DNA of 63,638 bases, filler included, from Ministeria vibrans ATCC 50519 (taxonomy: Eukaryota; Protista; Filasterea), in the NCBI GenBank assembly GCA_943704425.1. It is 6 parts of 6 records of this genome, joined end to end, with 100 filler letters (N's around TTAATTAATTAA, not from the genome) between each part and the next. Parts side by side here need not be neighbours in the genome. Positions count along the whole stretch, not along the records: positions 12,765 to 37,749 come from CALSCP010001105.1; 5 more parts are not named here. The stretch is one strand, 5' to 3'. The notes below the pieces were generated by a model that was not told where the DNA came from, ran no database searches, and was given only the letters and a program-made list of their open reading frames with translations. Shown here one piece after another: positions 12,855 through 35,522 of this stretch. The stretch's first letter is position 1; each line of letters opens with the position of its first letter. The translations under genes and the position numbers were made by a program.

Positions 12855-13356
12855 CGTCATTGGCATGATGAAGCCCGGTCTGGGCGACCAGAAGAGTTGG
12901 GTTTCCCAATGGCAAAATATCGGTAAGACGTATTTATTACCTTCCTCATTCATTTTTCTTATTATGCCTCTTTATTTTTCTTATTATGTTTCTCTTTCTC
13001 ATCTTTCTTTCTTTCTTTCTGTACCCATTAGCTCACTGTGTACCCGGATGTTACGCTGTCGCTGTCTCTGGTCGCCTTGCAAGAGTAACAACAGACAGCA
13101 GCACTGCAAAGCAAGTCAATGATCGTTTTCAATTTTGCACCTGTAGGAGTTTGATCGCATTCCGATCACTGTTGAAGGACAACCTGATGAGTCGGAAGCG
13201 AGCGATGAAGATGAGGATGGCGATTTTAACCCCGACACAGAGGGCGGGGAACTGGACACAGCAGAGAGGGAAGAGGACGATAGCAGCAACAACAAAAACA
13301 ACAACAACGAAGATGAAGAAGACCAACCTCACCAGCAAGAGGAAGAGAGCCAGTAA
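12855..13356 (+). CDS. SUPT4H1: Transcription elongation factor Spt4, 5' part lost in the gap, with acidic C-terminal extension
   Basis: Spliced VIGMMKPGLGDQKSWVSQWQNIAHCVPGCYAVAVSGRL matches the Spt4 pattern (SWVxxWQ...PGxYAVxVxGRL). Intron 13085-13146 leads into an acidic exon ending TAA at 13354-13356. Confidence 0.8.
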
Positions 13357-13453
13357 AAGACAGCTCAAATCCTTGCCACCAACTGTACAACACCACAGGA
13401 AGAATACAAAAAGAAAAACAAAAAAATTCTACAATCATACATATACAAAAAGG

Positions 13454-17257
<3,804 letters not shown>

Positions 17258-17501
17258 GCCTTTGGCTGGAGACGACACTTTTTTGTTCGTGTACAAATCC
17301 AAAAAGAACGCACTCCAAATTCCCCAATCAAAAACACGTAAATCCGTTATCCGAGAGAACTTTTCGTGATGCGACAAAGATCAGAGAAGAGAGAGAGCGA
17401 GAGAGCGAGAGAGGGTGAGTAACGCACAATGAATAAAAAATTAATAGTTTTCACATAACTTTACGCAACTTTCATTGACTGGTGGGTGCTCTGGCGCGAT
17501 C

Positions 17502-20500
17502 ATGGATCTTTGTAGAAGGGAGCCAACTCAGTCAAGGGGCAACGGTAACGCTTTGTTTCAAAGTTGTGTTTTTAGTTTTTGTTCTTTTTTGCCTTTTGGT
17601 CGATTTCACTCTCCGCCTTTCGTTCTCTTTGAGTCATGCATATACTTCAATGAAATCTGTCCTCGTGTCTTTACTTTAATGGATTTTCTTTATGAGCCTC
17701 TTCTGCTTTGCATTAATAATAATTTTTCGTCTCCTTGACAACGCTGCACAGACAATAACAACGACAACGCCCTTGTGCGAGGTCTCACCGACAAGGCTTT
17801 GCCACAGATACGTTCCTTGACAGTAAAACGAACATCGATCGCGGAGGTCCTCGAGCGGAAGCGACGACGGCACGACGAGGCGTTGCAAAGGTACAAGAGC
17901 GACTCGGAAGCGTCGCATGGAACGTACGTCGACCAGTCGCGTGTCGCCTGCGCCGCTTGCCGTGATGGACTTGTGCGCATTGAGATGGATGCGGCCGCGA
18001 GTGTGTCGGAGCTTGAAAATGAGGCGACGTTGGCGTCGTTGTCGCTCGTCGACATTGGCGATCGACAGCACGCACTGTTGGCGGTGGAGCCAGCGCGAGT
18101 ACAGCTGGTGAGCGACATGACCAGCAGACTCGAGTTGCTTGAGCAAGAGTGGCTTGCCACTGCACGCACTCAACTCAGACGTCTCTATGCCACGCTGGTG
18201 CACGTTGGGCACGAGCTCGAGGAAGCGACACAGGCTCGTTGCGAACGACTTGAGCTCGAGATCAACAGCGAGGCGTTGCGCGATCGACGGGCACTGGCCA
18301 ACACCGTGGCACATCTTCTTGCGGCGGGTGTGTCACTGTATCACGAGCGCGAGCAGTTGATTGCTCGTTCCATCTCGGTGTGGTCCACTCGATTGCGACT
18401 GCCTCACGCTGTCGACAAGTGTGCACAGCGCATCTTGCTCGAGTACGCCAAGGAGCCCGAGCACGACGCCTTTGACGCTGCGGCCAGCCGCCTTCAAGAG
18501 ATCTCTCGACGTCGCAAGGCCCTGATAGAATACCTCCAATCGGCAGCGACACAGTCGCGTGCGACGGATCTGCACGAGCAGCTCGAAAGGTGCAGACGCG
18601 ACGAACAGGCGGCACTCGACAGTGCTCTGGCGTCGTTTGACCAGTGGGGCGAGACGACAGCGACGCAAGTACGCGCACACATTCAACAGATGGCGGTACA
18701 ACTGAGCGCCGAGCACGATGGACTGTTTGAGTCACCAGACGAAGCGCGCGACTCGCTTACGGATTCACTCACACCCACACTCGAGCGCGAACACACCCGA
18801 GCCGTCACGGAGCGACACGAGCGGCTGAGACTGGCAATGAAGCACGAACAAGATTGGCTACATCGCGACAGCGCTGCCTTTCTCGCCTTCTACAGTGCTG
18901 CTGCAGGCATTCGCGAGAAACACGAAACGTACGTCGAACACCTTTCACTTCGGCTGCGCAATGATCTCGATGCATGTCGTCAGCGTCACACAAGCACCAC
19001 GAGTGCACTCGAGTCGGAACTGAACGCCGTTATTGATCGAGTGCGCGAGGGCACCACCACTCACGACATCCAAGCGGCGCTCGGCGAAGCACACGTCCTC
19101 CTGCAGACCATTCTGGGCGCGCACCACGCGCTCTATTCTGAGCTTACGTCGCTCGTGCGCCAGCATCCGTCGCAAGTCGAGGCCCTTCTTAACGACTACT
19201 CCACCATGCTCACTGACTTTTTCCGTGTCGCTCCTAGCGACCACGCCATCGCTCAAGAGCAGCTCAAGGCTGAGCCCGACACCAAAATTGTGCGCCTGAG
19301 CGACAGTGACGAGTGTTTTGCGGTGCTCTCGGACGAACGTCATGCACACTACCGAGAGAGCATTGGTCTCACTCTCCTGTCTCACGCAGGCTCTTTTACA
19401 CTGCCCAGCGCAGAAAACAACGACGACAGCGACAATCGATACGCAAAAGAACCGCTGATGCAGTCCATTCGTGAGATTGCCCGGAAGGTGCCATGCGAAC
19501 GAGAGGCACTATTGCAGCAGTTGCGCGTGCAGGTGCGTCATGGTATGCTGGAACACATGTGCCTGTGGACAGCTGAGATTCGTGCAGACGCAGAGCGAGA
19601 CTCTGAACGACAGTGTGAGGAGCTGAGTCGTGAGCTGGACCTGCGACTGAAGCTGCACGCACCGCGGAACGAGCGCATTGAGCGGGGTGTGCGTGACACG
19701 CGTGCTGCCGAACTGGGCCATCACCAACTGTGCATCGACGAACATGCGGCGGGTGTAGAACGTGTGCTTGAACAACTGCGTGAGAGCTTTCAAGAGTTGC
19801 AGCAGAGTCACTTTCAGCGGTTTGGAGCGCTCGACAACGCACTGGCAACACGATTGACGCAGGCAGAGACGTCAGTGACGGTCGAGGAGGGGTTGGGACG
19901 ACTGAAGAGGGAGGCGGAAGCACAGGTGGAAGAGACAAACGAGGCGTGTCGTTTGGCCTTTGTCCAGTTTCGTCGTGTCGTGGCCGAGCACATTGGTCGG
20001 GTCACAGTAAGCACTGGCAAGTTTCAGGCAAGCATCAAGACATTCAGTGAAGGTGGCAACTACTCGGCAGACGAAGCACAGCGTGCTCTAGCACAGCTCA
20101 GTGGCATCGAGCAGCGCTACGAAGAATTTGAAGGGGATCTCATGGGCGAACTGGCAATCATAGAGAACAATGCCCTGAGCGACACGCAGGAGCGACTGGC
20201 CGACTTTGATATGCATCTTATGACACACAAAAGTCGATTGAGGCTGGAAGCGGCCAAACGGCGTGTGGTGGGTGAGGCTCAAGTGCGCGCACAGTCACAG
20301 TGGAGTGCTTCCGCGGTCGACGAGGAACTGCTTCAGTCGTACATTGACGAGCTGGCGGAGCTCTGTGATGCACTAGAGGCGCACGCGGACAAGAGCAGGC
20401 ATGGCAGCCCCAGTGACAACGCTCGTGGCGTGCCAATGACCAGTGTTGTTGTACTGGGACGCCTTGATACGCTTCGTCGTATTGTGCATGCCCGAGCGCG

Positions 20501-22133
20501 CTTCTTGCTCTGTCTTGGGTCGCAAGTGAGCATGGACGATCCGGATGGCGGCACGCGAACACAGGAGCAAGTCAAGTGTCTTGTGGCACAGGTGCAACAA
20601 CAATGTCAAGATAGCCAACTGCACTCGCCGTCCGTTTCACTTCCACCGGTGGTTGTGCCCGGCGAGGTAGCGAGTCGTCAGACACAACCCGATCGTTTGA
20701 TGATGACGACGCTGCTTGAGCGAATGCATCAACGTGATCAAACCCAGTCGTATCATCATCGACAGGACCAACAACAGCAACTTCGTGAAGGATACGAGCG
20801 ACAGGTTGCCCAGCGACAACATACCGTGGTCCCCGTTGTGCAAGATGGAGAGCTAGAAGAGGTCGCAGAGAAACTGTCGGGTGCGGGGCAGCAACAGCGG
20901 TCATCGTTGGAAGCAGGTGCGATGCCGGTGTCAAGTCGAACTCGAAGCTACCGGGAACAGCAGCGTGTGTCGCGTCAGTCGTCGCTGAGAAGCCTCGCCA
21001 GTTCGCGTAGACTGTCACTTGCACCTGCGGCGCGACTGGGCGACAAGACGACCGTGCAGAGTGTGCTGACAGTCATTCATGTCAAGGCAATGGAAAGCAT
21101 TCGGCAGGCAGTGACGCAGTATCAGGTTGAGAGTGGACAAGACAACGGTGAGCGCAAGAGGAGTAGAAAAACGACGACGAGAAAGAAGAAAACCAAGACA
21201 AAGAAGAAAACGACGAGCACGGAAAGCGGCGGATCAACGTCGATTGCGGACAAACCATCATTAGGGACGACGGTGACGCAATGGGTACAAGAGCGTCTGG
21301 ATACGATTGCGGTGGACATGGAGGCGCGGCGGGAGCGCAGCGTGGCCATGTTGGTACACACACAGCTGACGCAACTCAATCGCGAGTTGGCACGCATTGC
21401 TCCATTACTCTATCGTGAGAGTCTCAGTGCCACTGAACAAAGGCTTGAGAGTGACACTGCACTGGCGAATAGTGCATTTGCGCGCACTGTGCACGCGTCG
21501 AATGACCAGCGTGAGCGACACATGCTCCGCCTGCACACAGAAAGGCCAAGTGGCGCACAGCTCGACGCGTTGAAAGAGATGGAGAGAGAACGAGGGGAGC
21601 GTGTGTGTGCTGATGCGCGACAACATGTGCAGTACACGGTGGAGCTGTGCCGTGACGAGTGTCACATTGTGTATCGGGAAGTGATGCTTGTGTCGCGTGC
21701 GCTTTGTGGTCTTCTTGCGAGCTTCAAGGTGCAAGGGGAGGAGGAGGAGGAGGAGAAGAAGAAGAAGAAGGAGAAGGGACTTGGTGTTGCCTCCGAGGTT
21801 GAAGACTGTGACGAAGAAGCCGAGAAAGTGAAGTGTGTGCCGATGAGTGAAGAGACGCTCGTGCAACTGCAGAGCATCTCTGTGGACCGTCTTCGTGTGC
21901 ATCTGGACATGGAAGTGAACGAGCGAGAAGGAGAAGCGAGTCAAGAGGCGGAGGAGGAGGAGCAGTCCAACGCGTTGCAAACGAGCGCTCGACGGGCGCT
22001 CAGCTTTGCACTGGCGCAGTTCAAACGACGCATTGACAATCTTATTGACTCGAGTGTGGGTGGTGCAGTGCGAGCGGCGATGAGGGAGAAGCAGCGTAGT
22101 CAGCAGTGGCGAGACTTTTGCAAAGAAATGTGA
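17502..22133 (+). CDS. CCDC180: CCDC180-like ciliary coiled-coil protein, start uncertain
   Basis: 1452-aa helical ORF; motifs EINSEALRDRRALA, LHAPRNERIERGVRDTRAAEL and FSEGGNYSADE resemble CCDC180. Confidence 0.7.
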
Positions 22134-22352
22134 TGATTTGGTATTAATATCTTATTGGATCATTATTTATATGTATGTACACTATTCACTTTGTTGATTT
22201 CAAATAAACTGTTAAAGAAATGCTAGTAATCCCAGCGATTGGTTCCAAGCGCGATGGCAATAGGCGGAACTGATATTCACCTAATAACTTGTTGTTCTGT
22301 ATTATTGTAATCTGAACTAATAAATACTCAATACTCATTTATTTGTTTCATT

Positions 22353-23203
22353 ATGGACGAGGAAACTTTCCAGCGGGCCCTCCAACGCTACCCTGTTGTT
22401 CGCGATCGGGAACACACAAGTAGAAATCGGCTGAGATTGGAATTGAGTTTCCGCTTTAACTCTCGTGTTTTCGCCTTTGCTCAGACAATTCGCATCTGAG
22501 AACGCCCGACAACGTTGTGCGCCTGCCCCGACCGGTGAAAGGGATTGCCCGGCGACAGAACACCCTGCTGGGCGAGTCGTCGGATGTGGCGAGGCTCTTT
22601 GTAAAGCCACTGAAGAGCGAACCATTGTGCATCGAGGTTGGAACACATTGCTCTGTCGCTGTGGCTCGCGCGCTGACGCATTTCCTAGATTGACCTGAAC
22701 CGGACCGTGGCTGACCTTATGCGCGCCATTGAGGATGAAAGCGGGATCCCCTCAAGTGGACAGAAACTCATTCTCAAAGGGAAAACCCTCTCAGGTATTG
22801 AATGTGTATAAGACGTGTACAAACCCAACTCATTTGTGTGGGCCATCTACTAGATCCCACAGCGCCGCTGTCCACATTCAACTTTGAAAGCGCCTCATTC
22901 AAACTCAATCTCATGGTGAAGCCCGGCACACAAGTGCGCGCACTCGCTCCCAAAGTGAACGCTCCCTCCTCCTCCACTCCCAACGTGACAGAATCGACTG
23001 ATGCCGCCACATCCGAAGCAGCCCCTGAGCTGTGGACTGTCCTTATGGACACACTCAAGAAACACGTAAAAGAAAGAAAGAAAAAACGAAAGGACATCAA
23101 AAGGTCACTTGCTTTGCCTGACACAATAATTGCTTTGCAGTTGCAAGACGACCAAGCTCAGCTCATCTTCAACGAAGTCCGTCGCTCCTTCTCCTCCATT
23201 TGA
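22353..23203 (+). CDS. Ubiquitin-like protein, UBL4A/Get5-like
   Basis: UBL core TVADLMRAIEDESGIPSSGQKLILKGKTLSD...KLNLMVKP. C-terminal LWTVLMDTLKKH..DDQAQLIFNEVRRSF resembles the UBL4A C-terminal helices. Confidence 0.65.
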
Positions 23204-23265
23204 AAATCAAAAGATCAAACCCCGCTGTACTAATAATAACACCCATGGTGATTGGTGTTGTCGTT

Positions 23266-24685
23266 TCAAGTGTACTGTGCAGAGACCAATTTGGCAATGG
23301 TTTGTCTCTGAATGTTCGACGTGCCCTCGTAGATTGCGCCAATCTTCGCATCGCGGTAAAACTTTTCCATCGGCATATCACGCGTGTACCCAACACCCCC
23401 CGCCAGCTCAATGCAGCGGGACGAGACGCGTTCGGCCGTCTGCGACGCATGTAGCTTAGCCATGGCCGCCTGTTGCACAAAGGGCGCTCCGGATTGTGCT
23501 AGACGCGCTGCGTTGTACACCAGCAGACGCGCTGTGAAAAAAGTGGTTCTATTATGCGAATGTATGGTGGGGTTGTATTACTCTTACCGGCTTCCACGTC
23601 CATTGCCATGTCTGCAATCTGGTGCTGGACCGACTGGAACGACGCAATGGGCGTGTTGAACTGTGTGCGCGAGTGCAGGTAGGGCAATGTGGCCTCTAGA
23701 CAGCCAGTCGCAATGCCCAGCATTTGCGCTCCAATCGCAATGCGTCCCTCATTTAGCATTCTACGGGAAGATTGTCTCATCAACCTTTCTTGTTTTTGTC
23801 TCTCTCATCTACATGGCTCAGTACGTAATGGCGTATTTGTAGCCGGCGCCCACTTCGCCAAGGACATTTTCTTTGGGCACGCGAACTCCGTCAAAGTGTA
23901 CGGGGCACGTACTCGAAGCGCGGATGCCCATCTTGCGCTCGGGCGGACCCACAGTGAGACCGGCCGTGTCGCGTGGCACAATAAATGTCGTGATACCACG
24001 GTGACGCTTCGACAGGTCCACGTTGGCCATGACGAGGAACATGCCGGCCTCGCGCGCATTCGAAATCCACATTTTGCTCCCGTTCAACTCGTATGTGCCG
24101 TCCTTTTCGGTGGCTGTCGTGCGCAGCGCAAACGCATCGCTGCCGCTGCTCACCTCGCTCAAGCAGAACCCACCAATGGTGTCCTGCGCAAGGCGTGGGA
24201 GCCATTCGTCCTTTTGCGCAGTCGTGCCAAGTCGCATCATGAGTGAGTTGACAAGCGAATTTTGAATGTCGCACGGAAGCGCCACCGCCGCACACACTTT
24301 GCTGAGTTCCTCGACCACAAGCACCGTAGACATGAACGACGCACCCGTGCCGCCGTAGACCTCGTCGATCTCGATGCCCATTAGGCCGTTGTCGAAGAGG
24401 CCCTTGATGACTCCCGCATCCATTTCGCCTTTCTCGTCCATTTCACCTAAGAATACACGCATACGAAACGATAGGGAGTGTCAGGTCGAGCGCGAGCCGC
24501 ACCATGGCCGTTGTACCCACAAGGGGAAGCACCGTCTCCTGGGCGAAGCGAGCGACTGCGTCTTTCATCGCCTGCTCATCGTCGCTCAGCGTCGTCAGCG
24601 GCGGTGCTGCCGACGACATGTTGCGGACGCCGTGCAAGGTGCGTAATAACCTGTTGCAGGTTGTGGACGCGATTGTTCGGAGCAT
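23266..24685 (-). CDS. ACADSB: Short/branched-chain acyl-CoA dehydrogenase, mitochondrial
   Basis: Transit-peptide-like N-terminus; GFCLSEVSSGSDAFAL; NGSKMWISN; LNEGRIAIGAQMLG; EKFYRDAKIGAIYEGTSNIQ. Confidence 0.92.
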
Positions 24686-25177
24686 GTCACACACAGAGCA
24701 AATAAAGAAGTGAATAACTCAAGTGATATGTATTTTGTCATATCTATAATCTAATCGCTGATATGAGTGATATCAGTAATGATTAGACGCTAATAGAAAT
24801 CATGTGTGGCTCTTCATCAAGCGACAAGCAACTGTAACTTGTAAGCAATAAATAAGCATTCACGGAGCAATTAGGCGCGATCGGCTTGATCGCACCGGCG
24901 CTGATTATGCCCTTGCTTCTTTACAGTGCCCTAGCTAGTGGCAAGGGCGGTAGCTATGTTGGTGGCTGGCCCAGCCACTCGCTCCACCCATGCCAGATGA
25001 CGAACGCTACACCTGCAAGTTCGTTTTCAAGCACTATTTATCTTTGGTCGACAGTAGCGCGACGACATCTCGCCGAGCTGTTGCCTACGATCCTCCTACG
25101 ACCACCTGAGAAAAATGAACCAGCCGCTGACTGTGGGCCACAATTTGGTACAATAAATATACACACACATAGTTCTG

Positions 25178-25987
25178 TCATCGCTTCTTGGAATGACAAC
25201 CGGAACAACAATAGAGCCGTGCACTGCCTCCACTCGCGGCGGTGCTTGTCGTCTTGGGTTTGTGTGGGTGCCATGAGGCAGTGAAGTGTGTCATGCACAT
25301 GCAGCAGTGCAAGAGAGTTGGTTGCGTGAGAAGGGGACAGAAACGCCCGTGTTCGTTCTGTGGCGAGGGATTTGCCACTGTCAAAGCCGTCATAAGACCA
25401 AATCGAGCAAAAAACTCGTTTCCTGTGTCTGGCGGGACGTACAAACCTGGTGGGAGTCGCCGAGACGCATTTGCGTCGTTCTGGCCAAGGGATGACGACG
25501 TCCCACCCAACGCATTCTTTGCTGTACTCGTATCTGTCCCACTTGGTGTCAAACGCGACGTCGCAGAGGCTGTGGTGGTGGCGGTCGTTGACAGTGGAGT
25601 GTCTGCTGTTGTTGTTGTCAATGCTGTTGATTCCGACTTGGCCTTGTCAAGAGCGGCTGGGACGCTTGTCGGCAAAGAGTCTCGAGCAATAGCCTTGGGT
25701 TGTGCAGGCGCTTGTGCTGCTGGTTGCGTGGGAGGAGCGTTGTCAACATATACTTTCGGTCGAGCCTTCACACTTTTAGACGTCGTTTCAGAGTCTTGCG
25801 TGTCACTCTTTGGCAACCCAGCTGCGTGATGTATTGCTGGGGGCGAGGGGGAGTCCACAGCAACCAGATTGGCGGTGGGCTTCGATGGATCGCGTTCACA
25901 CTTGGACCGTTTTACATTACTCGCTCCCGTCTCTTCCCCATCCTCCAACGCCCGTTTCCCTTCTGCAGGCGGTAATTTATTCATCAT
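25178..25987 (-). CDS. Hypothetical low-complexity protein, 3' structure unresolved
   Basis: 269-aa S/T/P/A-rich ORF divergent from the hydrolase gene; no recognisable domain. Confidence 0.4.
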   Translation of the reverse strand: MMNKLPPAEGKRALEDGEETGASNVKRSKCERDPSKPTANLVAVDSPSPPAIHHAAGLPKSDTQDSETTSKSVKARPKVYVDNAPPTQPAAQAPAQPKAIARDSLPTSVPAALDKAKSESTALTTTTADTPLSTTATTTASATSRLTPSGTDTSTAKNALGGTSSSLGQNDANASRRLPPGLYVPPDTGNEFFARFGLMTALTVANPSPQNEHGRFCPLLTQPTLLHCCMCMTHFTASWHPHKPKTTSTAASGGSARLYCCSGCHSKKR

Positions 25988-26092
25988 ATATAGGCCTATA
26001 CCAATGGCGGCAAAACGTTAAAAAGTATTGTGAAATAAATGTGAATTGACAAAATATTTCAAATTTCAATTCATTTTAATATTTTGTATTCA

Positions 26093-27247
26093 ATGATCGC
26101 TCTGTCGGTCCTTCTCTTGCTTATATTGTCGTGCGTGGCTGTTACAAACTCGTCTTCTTACTTTTACGAGTCAGCTTCTGCGTCGCTCATCGCCCCAGGG
26201 TCTTTCCCAAGAGCGGTTCAGGTATCTTATTTGCCTTCTGATGCGCTTTCACTCCGTTTCTTTCAGATTAACAAGACAATGCTGACGTGCGTGGGTCAAC
26301 AGCAAGGCGCAACCAAGTCCCTAGTTGTGTTTGAGTCGCATGGGCCGGACGGACCGTTCGCTCGCGTCGGCACAGTCGCGGTGGAGCCCAACGCCACTGC
26401 GGCTGATCTCGCCAACTGTAATCTCGCGCTCACCTCAACGGGTAGGCTTGTGGCTGCCTATCGCCACCACCTCAACTGTACACATGGGAGACCATGCGGT
26501 GTGTTTCGGATCATGTCTGCGCAAGCAGTCTCTCCGTCGGGCACGCAGTGGCTCCCGCCCGTGACGGTGTACGCCTCGCGACAATTTGGCTTGTGGGAAC
26601 CCTTCTTGTTTGAAGCTCGACCGCCGACGCTCGACGTGTACTACTCGCGTGAACTGTCTCCCTCGTCTCAAGCGCCTTTTCGCGTTGAGCAAGACATTGT
26701 GCGTCAATCCAGTGTTGACAATGGCGCACACTGGACTGCGACATTTGTCACGGCCGTGCACACGCAAGGAAGTCGCAATGGCATGCCGGGCGTTGCCCGA
26801 CTGCCCGACCAATCGCTCCTTATGGTCTTTGAAGGCTTTTGGTCGGGCGGCTGGGGTCGGTTTACGGTAAATGGGGCGCGTTCGTACGACAATGGGCTCA
26901 CCTGGCCCACCAACGGCCGTCACCTCATCTTCGAGGCCCACAATGCTTCGCGCAATGCGGGTGCCCCTCAAATTGCAAGCATTGCCTCTTCGCTGACTCC
27001 ACTCACTGTCCAAGTAGTATTCATGACCAACGACAATGTGTCTCATCCAGCAGCTTGGCCTCAGAGCGCGTCGGCTGTGTCACTCGCTGCCGTCTCACTC
27101 AACGAAAAAACAAAAGAAATTGGTTGGAGCACAACTGTACGTTCTGTTGCGTCTCCCAATGCCTACTGGCCCGGTGCTTGTGTGGTCAACAATCACATTG
27201 TGTCCACCTTTCAGCGTGAAGGAGATTGTTGGAGCACACTATTGTAA
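26093..27247 (+). CDS. Secreted BNR/Asp-box beta-propeller glycoside hydrolase (GH93/sialidase-like), intronless
   Basis: Signal peptide; LWEPFL, VYYSRE, Asp-boxes SSVDNGAHW and SYDNGLTW, SRNGMPGVA, NAGAPQI. Confidence 0.75.
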   Translation: MIALSVLLLLILSCVAVTNSSSYFYESASASLIAPGSFPRAVQVSYLPSDALSLRFFQINKTMLTCVGQQQGATKSLVVFESHGPDGPFARVGTVAVEPNATAADLANCNLALTSTGRLVAAYRHHLNCTHGRPCGVFRIMSAQAVSPSGTQWLPPVTVYASRQFGLWEPFLFEARPPTLDVYYSRELSPSSQAPFRVEQDIVRQSSVDNGAHWTATFVTAVHTQGSRNGMPGVARLPDQSLLMVFEGFWSGGWGRFTVNGARSYDNGLTWPTNGRHLIFEAHNASRNAGAPQIASIASSLTPLTVQVVFMTNDNVSHPAAWPQSASAVSLAAVSLNEKTKEIGWSTTVRSVASPNAYWPGACVVNNHIVSTFQREGDCWSTLL

Positions 27248-27695
27248 CAAATAATATTTTTATTATGAGAAGAAATATAGAGTTGAGAGCTGTACTATGT
27301 GAAATGTCAAAACAAGACACATTATGCAAGAAAAGAACAGTACGATTACTATTAATAATAATGACTCAATAAAAATTATTATCGTCTTTCGTCTTTCATC
27401 AATTCGTCATCACACAGACATTGATATACAATCACCCGTCACAGCGCCACTTGTCAGTATTACTCAGAATCTGGTGATCAGTAATAAGACTAGAGATAGT
27501 ACATCATCATCACTTCATCAGCTGATCTTTGTCTTCCGAATGAGTTTCGTATTCAGAAGATTCTGTCTTGACTCTTGAGTCTTCTGAATAAATCACAATT
27601 CACAGATTTCACACTTCCTTTTTCTTTCCTTGTCCTCTTTGAGTCCTACCTCCCCTCCCTCTCCCTTCACCGTCGTCTGTAAGCCTCGATCAACC

Positions 27696-33531
<5,836 letters not shown>

Positions 33532-33668
33532 GTTGGTTCCCACTCGCCAACCAATCAATTCTATACCCTTCCCCCAAAATACACAAACTACCAACTATTC
33601 TTTCAATTCATCTCTCTCTCTCTCACACACACACACTCTTTCTCTCTTTTGCATCAAGTCTCCTCTCT

Positions 33669-35491
33669 TCACACACTCGTCTGGTACAACACAGTGTCGG
33701 TCAGCACATCATCAAAACTGTTGTCTGTTTCGTCCAGTGTCATGGGCAGTGCTCCCTCTCCCTCCTCCTCCTTCGCCTCCAGTACATTCGCCTCGACCAG
33801 TGCAAGCGAGTACAGCTCGATCTGTGCCCGTAAAATGCGCGGTCCTCCGCCGTACACCGACTCAAGGTACTCATACACCGGTCTTGTCACTCCTCGGTAG
33901 TCCGTCACTACACACAAAAACGCGAATCATGAGTATGGAGGAAAACACAAACAAAACAAAAGTGGATCCATTTTATTACCCTTCTGACGACCAGGCAACG
34001 GTTTACCATCGGCAGAGACAAGAAGTTCGTTGGTGATAGGACCAGGGTCCGGATAGTCTACACCAACACAATCACACCAACAGTTCACACAGTATGAGAC
34101 AACTACAACAACAAAACACGCCAATGATCAATCCGAACCGGGATCCGTCGCCTGTTTGAAGGCCATCCACCGTCGCAACCACTTGGCGCTGATCAGGAAC
34201 CATGTGTCGGAATACCCACCCATTGTCCGCTAAAAAGAAATATTTAATAAAATAATTAGAATATTATAATGTGAAAAAAAAAAAAAAAAAAACAAAACAA
34301 AACCTATACCTCTTCTAGGTCGTGCACTATTCTATCCTCCTCTTCGCGTCGCTGCATAATCTTCTTGGCCTTGTCCTCACATGCACGACACTGTGTAATC
34401 ATCGACGCCGCATAGCCACCGTGCTTGGCAAGCAGATAGTCCCGCACATTTGATGGCACGCGCACACATAGACGCGCCACATCTTCAACACGCAGTCCCG
34501 CCAATACGCCTACACACAGGGAAAGCGAGAGACACACGCACATATAGATACACACAGAATCATTCGAAAACTATCCTTTCCATGTAATGTTACCTCCATG
34601 TTCGCAAAAGACATCATTGTTGTTCACCTTGCCCGGCAATGACAGTGTCGACCAGCGCGTCCAGTACTGACGAGACAGATAGCCGCAGTCACCGTCGGTG
34701 GGCCCGCCTTTGCCACTCTCGCGCGCCGCCTGTGCATCTTGCACCATGCTCCACACACGGGTGCGCTCCTGCTCAACCGCCGGAAGTACGCGTCTTCTGT
34801 AGAAAAGCACGTAGCCCTCGGAGTGCTCGACCGTCTCGGGTTTGCACGAGACCACGCGTGCATCATCGTGCTCGTACCACTGACCTCGGGTGCTGCCACC
34901 GGCCGCACCCGCACCTGCGTGCCGCGTGTACGCTACGTAGTGTCCTCCTCCAATGCCACCGCGATGATTCACCACCCCGAACAAATCGTACAGCGGAGAC
35001 CCGTCGCGCGTCTCGCCCTCGGGCAACGCACACAAAAACGGCGACATGTCCAGTCCTTCGAGTGGAAACACCACCGCCTGCGACAGCTTCGACGAAAATA
35101 TGGTGTCGTAGCGGAAGCGCTTGACGTGCACCGACAGCACTTCGGGCAGGCGCAAAATGCGCAATTCCTTGCGCGACTCCGTTTTCTCTTTGCAATGGGC
35201 ACACTCATAGCGATCATTTCCAGACAAATCCTCACTCAGACAAAATGCCGCAAGACAATGCTCCAGCTGCAGCGAACGCGACAAACTCGACAGACCAATG
35301 AGATTCATGAGGCCACTGAACCACGACGACGACGCACCTGGCGTGCCCGCTGCGCCGCCAGTGCCATTGCTGGCCCCACTCCCATTCCCTACTTTCTCTT
35401 CGGCACTCGCGGCTGCCGCAAGCTTAGCGCGCATCTTCTTTGATGGAATTGGCACAGAAAGATCGTAGAACGAGTCGTCTGTACAAAAAAA

Positions 35492-35522
<31 letters not shown>

